A DNA stretch of 64,000 nucleotides. It comes from Trichosphaerium sp. ATCC 40318 (taxonomy: Eukaryota; Protista; Tubulinea). The notes under the pieces were generated by a model. It had not been told where the DNA came from, searched no databases, and worked only from the letters and a program-made list of their open reading frames with translations. The stretch is from positions 124,001 to 188,000 of the forward strand of contig JALMLS010000484.1 in NCBI GenBank assembly GCA_038496445.1. The letters are read 5' to 3'. Every line of letters begins with the position of its first letter. The stretch's first letter is position 1. Positions 23,806 to 33,997 of the stretch are shown one piece after another. The position numbers and the translations under genes are program-made.

Positions 23806-26514
23806 TTAATTGGTAATACATAGTTTTACAATTGTTTTAAATGTCTTTCTATTTACTCTAGCCAAAGCATCACGAATAGTTTGTAACTCAGGATTCTTGA
23901 ATAAACACAATAGTATTGGCTTTACTTTTGGCTCCTAAAAATATATATTAACACGTGTATGCTACTAAAATAACTTGCTACAAAAAGGACAGTACCAGTT
24001 TTTTTTTCTTGATAAGAGAAAAATATGTTCTCATGTCTTTTGCATCCTTAACCTTTTCCCATTCGTTCTCTAGGTACTGTATAATATTCTCATACTTCTC
24101 TTCTGCGGATTTAATATCTGTTTCAAGGTGTGGGAGATGATACAAGCACTCTTCAACATGATTAAGTCGTATGATATTAAGTAACGAATCCAAGCTGAAT
24201 TTTTTAGCAGAAACGTTGAATGGTGTATCACAAACAAAACCAATAGAATATTTTATAGCAATATATCCTTTGTTATATCTCTTGAAAACAGTTTTATGTT
24301 GTGTAATAGCATAGCCAGCCTATAAGACAACAGGAGTTAAAGTTTGAACCAAAATGAGAAAAAAACAAGAAATTAACATCTTCTCATCTACGAGTCTAAT
24401 GCACTCACAATTGGTCCAAAAGGATTCAATTCATCTATGGCTTGTTCTAAAGTTTCATCATTGTAAATATGGCAAGCTTCTTTAGGAGGCTCTCCACAGC
24501 AAAACTAACCAATAGTTAACACATTCGAATATGAAGTGAAAGAAACTACAAACCTCCTCTTCAACACTTTGTAATGTGTCAACATTAAAAGTTTTCATGT
24601 GAATTATAGTATCTCGGTTACACCTACCAACCTTTCTAAACGATTGTGACATCAACACTAGGCTATAGCACCTAAAGAAGAAACATGAGTTATGATGTAA
24701 GAAAAAGTTAAGAAAAAGCGTACAAGTTTGTTTCAGTTGGAAGAGTGAACTCGTTCTCCTTCCAAATACGCCAAAATAATTCAGCAAATGTAGTCTTGAC
24801 TACCTTACCATCAAAAGGCCGTGTACAGACACCCTCTGAAGCATCAGGAAGTCCTATACACACACCACTTAAGCAACTTTACTTAATAGCCTTTTTCACT
24901 TACTTTCTGAAGCAACACGCCATTCACCTTTATAGTGATACAAGGAACAAACATGCCCATCATATATCGGTGTAACAACACTTGGTACATTCCAATCGAT
25001 ATCACCTGTACCTTTAACATAGCTACCAGAATAACATTTGACATTTTGCTCGAAAGCATCAACATCCAAAACAAGAGGACCTTGAGATGGAGCAAGTGCA
25101 GCACTATGAGGTTATAAGTACTAGCCAAATATTTATAGCAATACGATTCATAATATTGGTTACCTGTTAGGCGTATAAGCATTCGCAGAAAGCTGTATCA
25201 AAGGTTCAAAATCGTTATGACTTGCTACAGTAAGTTTATACTTTTTTTGTATAGACAAACTGTTATTTTTAAGACACTGAAGAATTATGTCTTCGTGATT
25301 GCTACCATCAATGTCCTTGGACGTCAAATTACCTAACCTAACGCGAGCTATTGACCAAGCATTGAAGTCAAGTTCATCATGGATATAGAAAGTATTGAAA
25401 CTTCCAGACTTCTTAAACTTTGTCAACGATTCTTGCCATAGAGGTTTGTAAAACTTTTGAAATTCTGGCCATGTTTGTGCGTCAATCTCTTGAATTTCTA
25501 TAAAAGATACTGGCGTCAGTATATTGAAACCATAGTATAGAATAAGTACGTACTGTCCCAATAAGGTTTGAGGTTAACGTTGTAAATAGTGCCCTAAGAA
25601 AAATATGAGAATCCTAAACACAACCCGAATGTTTAAGTTTTTGGAGGTACAGGATACGAACCTTTTCCACTAATTGTCTAGCAAACTCCAAATATCTTAT
25701 TGCGATAAGTACAAGCTACAATTATCATGACATAAGATAATGAAAGAATGGAAGGAAGGAAGGTACTTTTTGAGCTTTGAAAATCTTTCCTTCTCTAATC
25801 CGTTCTCGTGCCAAATTAAATCGTTGATTTGCTGACCAAATTGTAGTGCTAGTTAATTTTAGGTCTATGGTAACAATAGAAACATCATACCTTTTTAGAA
25901 CGTCTATATCTAAGTAATTCTCGCAAGGCAAATCACGTTTTTTGTACACAATCTAAACATGAAATTAGTGCGCGAAAAACCCAAAAACTGTTTTCAACTG
26001 CTACAGTCTGATAGTTGCTTCTTACGTATTTTTTTGGATAATGCATCATCTCTAGTAATGCCATGCGATGCTCTAATAACTATCTTTTATAAATAATTGA
26101 TCAACAAGCGACAGAAAGCAATCAAAACAAAAAAAACACAAAAAAGACAAGTTTTTGTTGAATTGTCAATGTAACGTACATACGACTCTAACTCTTCCTC
26201 TGTATAAAATATAACGTCTATATCTTGCTCAGAGCCTTTATACTCAAGCATATTATCTGCCGCTTCATCGTAAGCGTTTTTTATTTGATGAGTAGTTATT
26301 GCTATGTAGTCCCAGTCAGAATCATCTCTATGCGTTCCGTGTACTCTACGGATATTATTAGCCAGTTTTATAGATTTTATGGTTCCACATGCCTACTTCC
26401 TTGTAAAAAGACTGCCAGTAGGTATTTAGTTATCTTCGGATGAAATTTACGCGTTAACAGAGAGAGTAGATCGTCTTTGTCATGGACGCCATCAGCGTTT
26501 AAACGAAGAGCCAT
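23806..26514 (-). CDS. Pol-beta-family nucleotidyltransferase + helical domain + degenerate T4 Rnl1-like RNA ligase domain (multi-exon; start uncertain)
   Basis: Spliced translation gives AVFLQGSRVHGTHRDDSDWDYIAI...QDIDVIFY (GS/DxD/D triad), IRYLEFARQLVEKGTIYN, then QGPLVLD...IDWN..VVTPIYDGHVCSLYHYKGEWRVASERLPDAS...FAELFWRIW...LNPFGPIAGYAI. Confidence 0.8.
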
Positions 26515-26882
26515 TAATGGCGTTGTAGAGAAGTAGACAGTTCTAGATACAACTTAACACGCAATAAGCCAAAAATAAACTGCAGCACAATTAAAATTAT
26601 GTCAAAAACACAAGTTTTTAAATTCGATGAATTGTTAACAATTTTCGCTGCATTGTACTTGAAGTAACATTCAAAGCTTTAGTAGCTTCATTACGAGTAA
26701 GTTAAGTTTGCTTTATTAATAAGTACAAGTCTATTATTGTGACAATTAGCTTCATGAGCTAATAATAAAATTATGACAACCTAAATGAAGATATGCGCTC
26801 ACCAGCAACATATTGGAACTGACTCAGATTAGCGATAGTTTTTGCTATTGATAATTTTTTTTCCACATAACGCTGAAGGCAT

Positions 26883-27038
26883 TGGGTTTGCACTACTTTT
26901 CGCGAAATTGATTAGAGCCACGATTGACTAAAAAATGTGCTGTTTTCTGCAAAAATGTTGTACAAAAAGGCCGCCAAAAGAACAGATTTCGAAGAATACA
27001 ACATGCTGCCAAATTTCGCGAAATATAGTGCAAACCCA
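26883..27038. repeat. Short inverted repeat, ~27-bp arms (possible MITE remnant)
   Basis: tgggtttgcactacttttcgcgaaatt (26883-26909) vs aatttcgcgaaatatagtgcaaaccca (27012-27038). Confidence 0.6.
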
Positions 27039-27466
27039 TTTTTCCGGCCGTTTTGCCGTGTCTGCTTGTATATTTTTTTCGGCTATTTGCCGGCAGTAAA
27101 TAAAGAACGTATCGTGTTGCTGGAAGTCACTATCTGAACTGTGATCACTGCCAACGTACTGATCTATGTCCTCAAGTTCTGTTTTGTCTATCATTGGGAT
27201 TGAGAGTACCACCTCGAGAAGCATGGGAAGTCAGGGCTCTGTGATTCATAATTTGGGTAGTAAGTTGATGTTGTTGGTGCTGTTGGGTCTGCTCTATCCC
27301 AGTGCTCTGTTGGTTTCTTTAGTCTCAAGGGCGACCCGTTATATATATTTACAATGAATGAATCCCTTCTGTTGCCTTCATTGTATTTTGCTGGGTGCCG
27401 TCCTGTTCTTTTCTTCGTAGTTTTTTTTCTTCTTCAATCTATTGTCTTTACCGTACCAGCAAGTTT

Positions 27467-28110
27467 ATTGTACACTTTTCAAGGTGCTATTAACAGCATC
27501 AAGTGCATACATGCGTTGTTGCAGTTCTAGTTCAGATTGTGGCAGTCCTTTTGGGTTTGCAAGTGGCCTCTTATAAAAGTTAAGTCGGCCTGATACGCAG
27601 CAAACATAGCAATCCTTTGTCGATTAGCTACAAAATTCTTAGACAAAAAAAAAACTACTTACGCGTTTTTACAGGGTTACGCTGAATCTTCTCAATCTAT
27701 ACATATGGATAAAAGATATTGTATTATGATTACCTGAACTCAACATAAATAAAGTATGTCAGTGATACGCCTTGCCATTATGTCAAGTTCTGTATCTTAA
27801 AAAAAATCATCAATAAATTTTTAACTTTTTTGTTAAGCCCACAAACTTGTTATCACACGGAATGTCCCATTTGTTAATAAGCGACTCAAGTACCTTTCCC
27901 TCAATCTCCACCTCATCGTATAATTTACTATAAAAGTTAACACCCGCGACAAGCATTTTACGAATATCAGAACAATCACCATTACCAGTTTGTAGTTCCT
28001 TACTGTTTAATCCCGCTTTCTTGCTTTAAGCATTTTTGTAAGAAAAGCACTTGGACCTTCCTCAAACATAGCTTTTGTTGATGCCGCTAGATTATTAAGA
28101 TGTTTTTGCT
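27467..28110 (-). pseudogene. Probable degenerate gene remnant of unknown family
   Basis: Protein-like segments bounded by splice-like sites (AGLNSKELQTGNGDCSDIRKMLVAGVNFYSKLYDEVEIERERYL), but in-frame stops prevent a clean model. Confidence 0.3.
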
Positions 28111-28342
28111 AGGTGCGTAAACAACACCCATCCTAAGAGAAACACCTGATGCTTGAACATCAACAATTAATAAACGACCTTTTTGTTCATTCACAAATTT
28201 CTGAGCTCCACGGAGTGTAGCAATAGCGACCCCAGTACCTCTACCAGCATCTGTGTGTAAAATACATTTACTGTTAATATGAGCAAGGATGAATTGGTTT
28301 CAGTAGCAAAAGTAATTCGAAAGAAATTTGAAAAACCTCTAC

Positions 28343-28861
28343 TAGAGATGGCAGAAATACCGGTCCGAACCGGTTCCGGACCGAAACGCAAAGACCGGTC
28401 TCTAAACGGTCCAAACGGTCCGCTGTCAAAGGGAGTACCCTTGGAAAATCGGAAAAATAGCCGAAAAAAGGGACTTTTGTCAAAGGGTACTCCCTTGGAT
28501 TTTTATCGGTCCAAACGGTCCCTGTCACAAAATCTTAGAGGCTTCCATCTATCAACCTATTCTTTGTGTGCATGCACGTACGGTGGCTGTACACTTTTGT
28601 GGCATGTTTGAATATCCCACCTTCGATAAAATATTTTACAAACTATATGGCTTTCAACCACGCTATGTGCAGAACTTTTGATTTTAAGGAGTTTTAGACT
28701 ACTTTTAATCAAAAGAAAGTAGCTGGTGGTTCAAAAAGAAGCCAACAATTTTTATGTTCACTGAATGAATACTGGTCTTGTTCTAAATCTCGGACCGGTT
28801 ACGGACCGAAAACCGATATATTGAAACCGGACCGGTATCGGACCGGTATTTGCCACCTCTA
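28343..28861. mobile_element. Non-autonomous hAT-type MITE, 519 bp
   Basis: TIRs TAGAGATGGCAGAAATACCGGTCCGA / TCGGACCGGTATTTGCCACCTCTA; perfect 8-bp TSD ACCTCTAC (28335-28342, 28862-28869); subterminal ACCGGT/GGACCG arrays. Confidence 0.92.
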
Positions 28862-29156
28862 ACCTCTACTATTTACTACTTGATCTACAGAAAACCACGT
28901 AGTTTCGCGGAGCGTTTCACTCCTTGTGCTTACTCTGTGAGTCGTAAACAAGACACGAAAGGTCGCTTGAAGTAACAAAGACTGTAATAAGACCATCTAA
29001 CTCGTCTAATATTCAGTATGGCTCGGAGACTCAACGTGGTCAAGGAGGTTTTACGTGAGTGTCGCGGTTTCAATTTTCACAGAAATCGGGGATTCATCGG
29101 ACAAACTCTTGAAAAACTCACAACATTTTCATTCAAAAAACTATTGTTGCCTTACA

Positions 29157-29551
29157 ATGAGCAACTTTTCTTTAATACCGACGCTATCCTTGGCTATTCT
29201 GTTTGTAGTCTTTATGTTCGCATGTCCTGTATCAGGAAATGATGAAGAGGTAGAAGCGTGCGTAGGCAAATGGTGCTCGAGGCTGTATGAAAGCACTGAC
29301 GGAGAGTCTGGAACTTTTTGCGCCGACCGTTGGGGATCTTGCCCTAGCGAGAAATATGATTACGTACGCACTTCTGCATTGTCTACGCTGCTCAAATTTC
29401 GACTCACTTCAAAGTATAGTTTGAACACATATCAGGCAAGAAAAACTGTGGTAGACGATGCAATAAGCGAACACCTAGCGCTGGAAGATGTAATCATTTC
29501 GATGGTTTGATGAAAGGGAACGGTGGTGTATTCCGCTATGAATGTAAGTAA
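29157..29551 (+). CDS. Small secreted Cys-rich protein (2 exons)
   Basis: Signal peptide, then NDEEVEACVGKWCSRLYESTDGESGTFCADRWGSCPSEKYDY|FEHISGKKNCGRRCNKRTPSAGRCNHFDGLMKGNGGVFRYECK* via a phase-0 intron gtacgc...tatag. Confidence 0.75.
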
Positions 29552-29678
29552 GCAAGTGTATCTATATAGTAACCACATCCACGTTGTTACTTGGTTCTCA
29601 GTGCTAGTGTTCAGCACACTATAAATAAATTGATTGCTTTGTTGGCATTTTCTTTTTTTAATTTAGAGCCTTTCAACC

Positions 29679-30003
29679 TAACGCCCTTTCGTTATGAATG
29701 AATAATTTGAATATTCAAATACAGCCTACATTCACAAATATTCATTACTAAAAAAATTCATTCATTATTCATGCCCTTTTTGCTGCCACTTACGCAGTAG
29801 AAAATTGATCGCGCAGCATTGGTTTACGTTTGGCAGTTACAATTCTATTACCATAAGAACTGCAATAACGCATCGCAGATAAAAGTACTGCACACATGAA
29901 TACGTTGTGAGTGACGGTTTTTCTTTTGTCTATGATATTAATGAATTTGCCGTTTGGTGCTATAAATATGAATATTGCTTATATTCATAACGGAAGAGCG
30001 TTA
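29679..30003. mobile_element. Non-autonomous hAT-type MITE, 325 bp (second family)
   Basis: TIRs TAACGCCCTTTCGTTATGAAT / ATTCATAACGGAAGAGCGTTA; perfect 8-bp TSD TTTCAACC (29671-29678, 30004-30011); internal TGAAT/ATTCA motifs. Confidence 0.9.
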
Positions 30004-30389
30004 TTTCAACCCATTGAGACAGAAGTTATGAAACACAACACAAACACCATAGTTCTGTCAAAAGGTTAATTACAAGAAACCCACGTGATTGGGATTATGG
30101 CTATACAAGATCATAGGTTTCACTCTCATGCAGCATGAGTTGCGCTGTGACCAACTTAGAATCTGAAAATAATAAATAATGTTACCTTTCTCCACGTGCT
30201 ACCTTGTTATCTTTAACGTTGACGTTCGATCTTTAAGTTTCTTATTGTACCTTGTTGTGTCACCCACTAAAGAGTGGGTTTCTTTTTCTCCAGTGAGACC
30301 AAGAATAGGCGTCTCGCAATCATCTTTAAGCGCTACTAAATTCCAGGCCATTGTTTAAGTGAACTAGGTGTAGTCTAGAAGCTTCTACT

Positions 30390-30483
30390 ATGGCGGACAT
30401 TTTTGACGTTCGTGTGGATGTTCGTTCTGGGTTTTTCATATGAATTTGATCAAGTTGACTTAAAACCAAAGATTTCATTCTGA
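30390..30483 (+). promoter_or_regulatory. Candidate uORF in the SAM decarboxylase leader (MADIFD|ISF* if spliced)
   Basis: ATG at 30390; donor gttcgt at 30408 (or 30420, same frame), branch-like ttgac, acceptor ccaaag at 30471, TGA at 30481-30483. Confidence 0.5.
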
Positions 30484-30634
30484 AAAAGAAAGCCTCTCTT
30501 CTAAACCCTCTCGCGTCAAGGTTTTATTATAAATTAAAACGCGTAATTAAACCCATAAAAACAACTGTGTGCATGCTTCTAGCTCTAACCGTATTAATTG
30601 AGTGCTTATTCCACTGTAACGTATCAACACTAAG

Positions 30635-32028
30635 ATGATGAATATTGAGGTGTACGTATACCATTATTAGGGGCTAATTCACGATGACATTCAGTGTTTC
30701 GTTTTGCTTATTTTCCCAAAGGCCTACAGATTTTTTTGAAGGAGCGGAAAAGCGCCTAGACGTAGAGTTTTCATGTTCTACAGATAATACAATGGGGATG
30801 AGAGTAATTAAGAAAAACGACTGGTTGACTCTACTACGCCATATTCGATGCGATATTCTATCACAAACATCTAACGATCATTGTGACGCGTATGTACTAT
30901 CAGAATCGAGCTTATTTGTATTTTCCAACAAAGTTGTACTCAAAACATGCGGCGAGACGAGACTACTACGATGCCTTGATACTCTCATGGAATTTTCGCA
31001 ACGCGCAAAGACTTCTGTGTCATTTGTGGCTTACTCACGTAAAAGCTACATGGAACCTTCAAAACAGCACTTTCCGCACCGTAACTTTGACGAAGAGGTA
31101 CGAAACAGCTTGTTTTATTAAAACCGATCTCTCTAAGTTCACCAACAACGCAAAAACCGTCCAAACGCTCCTAAACGTACTAAAACCGCTGTAGGTAGAA
31201 TACTTGAACAAACACTTTGCAGGAACGGGTTATACGTTCGGAAATCCATCATCGACTGATAACTGGTACTTGTACCTCGCTAGACCATCTGAAAATCATA
31301 TACCTGCGCTTGGGAAGTATCAACATTTTGAGATAATGATGACTCAGATCGACGAAAAAGTCTCTCAAAGTTTTTACGCCAAGGAAGGTAGAACAGCAAA
31401 AGGAATAACAAAAAGTACTGGAATGTCTACTATAATATCAAATGAACCTGCTACAACAAGCGAATTCCTTTTTGAACCTTGTGGTTACTCAGTAAATGGA
31501 CTGTCACAAAAGGTACCTTTTTTTTTCTCATTTTTTTCTTTTTTTTTTAATTGTTTTTTGACTTGTATGCAATTTCTTGGCATTTTATTTTCTGTTGTGG
31601 TAATGTAGAAGGATTATTGTATTTTATTTGGTTGTTTTGGATCACATGCTTTTTTTTTTCTTGGTGTAAACTGACGTTGTTTTTTTTGCTTTAGAATTTC
31701 TTCACCACTCATGTTACTCCACAAAAAGAATTCTCGTTTGTTAGTTTTGAGACGAACGCAGCACAAGAACAATATGATGTACTTGTTGAACGTATACTGG
31801 ATATGTATAAACCATCATCTTTTATCGCAACACTTCTTATTAACACAAAAGAAAAGAGAGGTACGAATATTTTTTCAGTTTTTTTTATACTGACAGTCTA
31901 TGTTAGATTCTCCCATTGAAACGCTTCTTGGATTACCACCTCGTACATACAAAGTAACACACAGAAGTGCACGTGTATTAAATGATACATGTCAACTCGC
32001 AATGTACACATGCCAAAAAGTTGTATAA
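30635..32028 (+). CDS. AMD1: S-adenosylmethionine decarboxylase proenzyme (eukaryotic type)
   Basis: FFEGAEKRL, AYVLSE/SSLFV self-cleavage site, LKTCG, FEPCGYSVNG, THVTPQKEFSFVSFETN; 5 exons. Confidence 0.95.
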
Positions 32029-32777
32029 CAGAAATAAAAAAACAATAATTGTATTAAACCAAGTCAACTTTTTACCGTGCCGGTCCATAGAAACCATGGA
32101 GTATTGTGGTTTAAATATGGAAAGGTATACCAGTAGTGGTAGATACGATAGAAGTTAGCACGTTGACACTAAATGAGAAGCTTATCAACGGCCTGAATTT
32201 TCCAACTCGCTTGCTTGATACAAAGCAGCCTACTTTGTCTGTAAATGGGGTTGTAAGATTTGCCGCTACACGTGATTCCGTTACTCTTATAGAACTTGTC
32301 TCTTGACTCTTGTATTAACGTCAGCAGTGAGTTTTGTGTTGATTATTCAGTCACTTCACTTCGCTGTGATGTTGCCACGTTTTGTGACTGTACTTTTCCA
32401 AATAGTATTCCTATCCATCTTCTAGCGCAAAATGAGAAAATAGTTACTTACATTAAACTAACCCACGAGATGTACATTCCACCCATTGAGCCTTTTTGTT
32501 CATCATAAAAAAGTAGAAGCTACCTCGATGTATTTGAAGTTATTTGGCTGCTTTGGTTGTAGCTCATGTAGCATCTGGTTTTTGGTACTTTAGCAGGTCG
32601 GTACAACTTTGTTTCGATTTTTTTGTACCTGTTCTTCCCTTGTACCCTCATGCTACCTGCGATTGATATTTGGCTATTGTATCGTTACAGTACGTGTTCT
32701 TGGATCACATGTGGTCGGAACATCAAACATACGATTGGAGAAAGCGAAAGATTAGTTTTAGTATCATAAAAAGCAAC

Positions 32778-33664
32778 ATGCTGCAATACGTCCTTGTAAT
32801 ACTTGCTGTCACTGCCACCATTTCGAATGCTGCAAACCTACGCGTTATCAATAGCGTAAGGAATTCTCCCGGTATCGATATCCGCACCGATCCTCCACAA
32901 GGGTTCATCAGGGCACGTGCGAAATGACCAGTAGATATTTCGCACGGGAAGTTTCGACTTACTTTGGTTAGTTTCGAGACAATATTCAGTACCTTGCGCC
33001 GGTTGATACTATCTATAGACCAGTGTTTGAGGCACCTATAATTCGTTTAAAGGCATTTTCCACCGGAGAAAAGTTCCCTGCTCTCGTTGATACACTGTAC
33101 TCTTTTGACAAAAACGCTCTTTTTTTCTGACCTTATAACAAATCAACACTAAATCAACCAAGGCTTCCTGTAGAAGGTGATAATTTGTATACACTTGCTA
33201 TCATTGGTGGTGCTTTTACGACCATTGGACCTCTTCTTATTAAAGATGTGTTTGCACCTCAAAAGGTACCTATGCACGTGATAGCCTACTAGAAACTGAT
33301 AGCGAAAAGAATATGTCAATAGTGCGGCTAGTCCACTTGGTTGAAGATGCACCTGCCGTTGATGTTGTTGTGGATGATGGTAACATAGAGTTATTCAAAG
33401 ATATTTCGTACACGCAAGACAGCGAATATGTTGCTGTAGAGCCAGGATCATACTTTCTAACCGTGAGAAGTACGCCTCATTTTTCTTGAAGTTGTCTTTT
33501 TTTTTTTCAATGTCTTATGTCGTTTAGCTTTCTCTGACCGCAAGCCTCTTCTTAAAATTCAAGACTTACTATTACGTGCCGGTTTAGTGTACACTATATT
33601 TGCGCAAGGTTCAGTTGTTAACAAGGTTTATCCATTGAGCGTTGTAGTATCTGTAGACAATTAA
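32778..33664 (+). CDS. Secreted protein with tandem DUF4397-like beta-sandwich domains
   Basis: Signal peptide; LRVINSVRNSPGIDI and VRLVHLVEDAPAVDVVVDDG..LFKDISY...YVAVEPGSY; YTLAIIG / YTIFAQG. Confidence 0.8.
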
Positions 33665-33997
33665 AATACAATATGTGTTCCCCAATATTAGTATTTCTAT
33701 TCTGATTTTTTAACCATAAATAGAATACCAGCTTTGTTTTTTAATAGTATCAAACGCCAGCTAGTACAAAAGAATCACAAATACCTTGATAAAAAGTGAC
33801 GTATAACGGTGACAACTGTCAATAAAACACGTGTTTCGTTCTGGTTTTTTTATCCCACCATATATGTTTTACTAGCTTTTTTTAAAGATTCCATTGCGAT
33901 ACCATCCTAAAAAAGACCTTTTCAAGTCACGTGTCATTAAGTTTTCGCTTTTTTGATTCCACGTGCTTGTAATAATAATAATTTCGGCGTAACAACA

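Noticed and set aside
27735-27750. In-frame TGT-TGA (possible Cys-Sec) in the minus-strand remnant
   Set aside because: Other stops and frame problems occur in the same locus and no SECIS was recognised; decay is the simpler explanation.
28191-28611. ORFs overlapping the 28.3-kb MITE as a transposase
   Set aside because: No transposase motifs; the open frames arise from GC-rich subterminal repeats.
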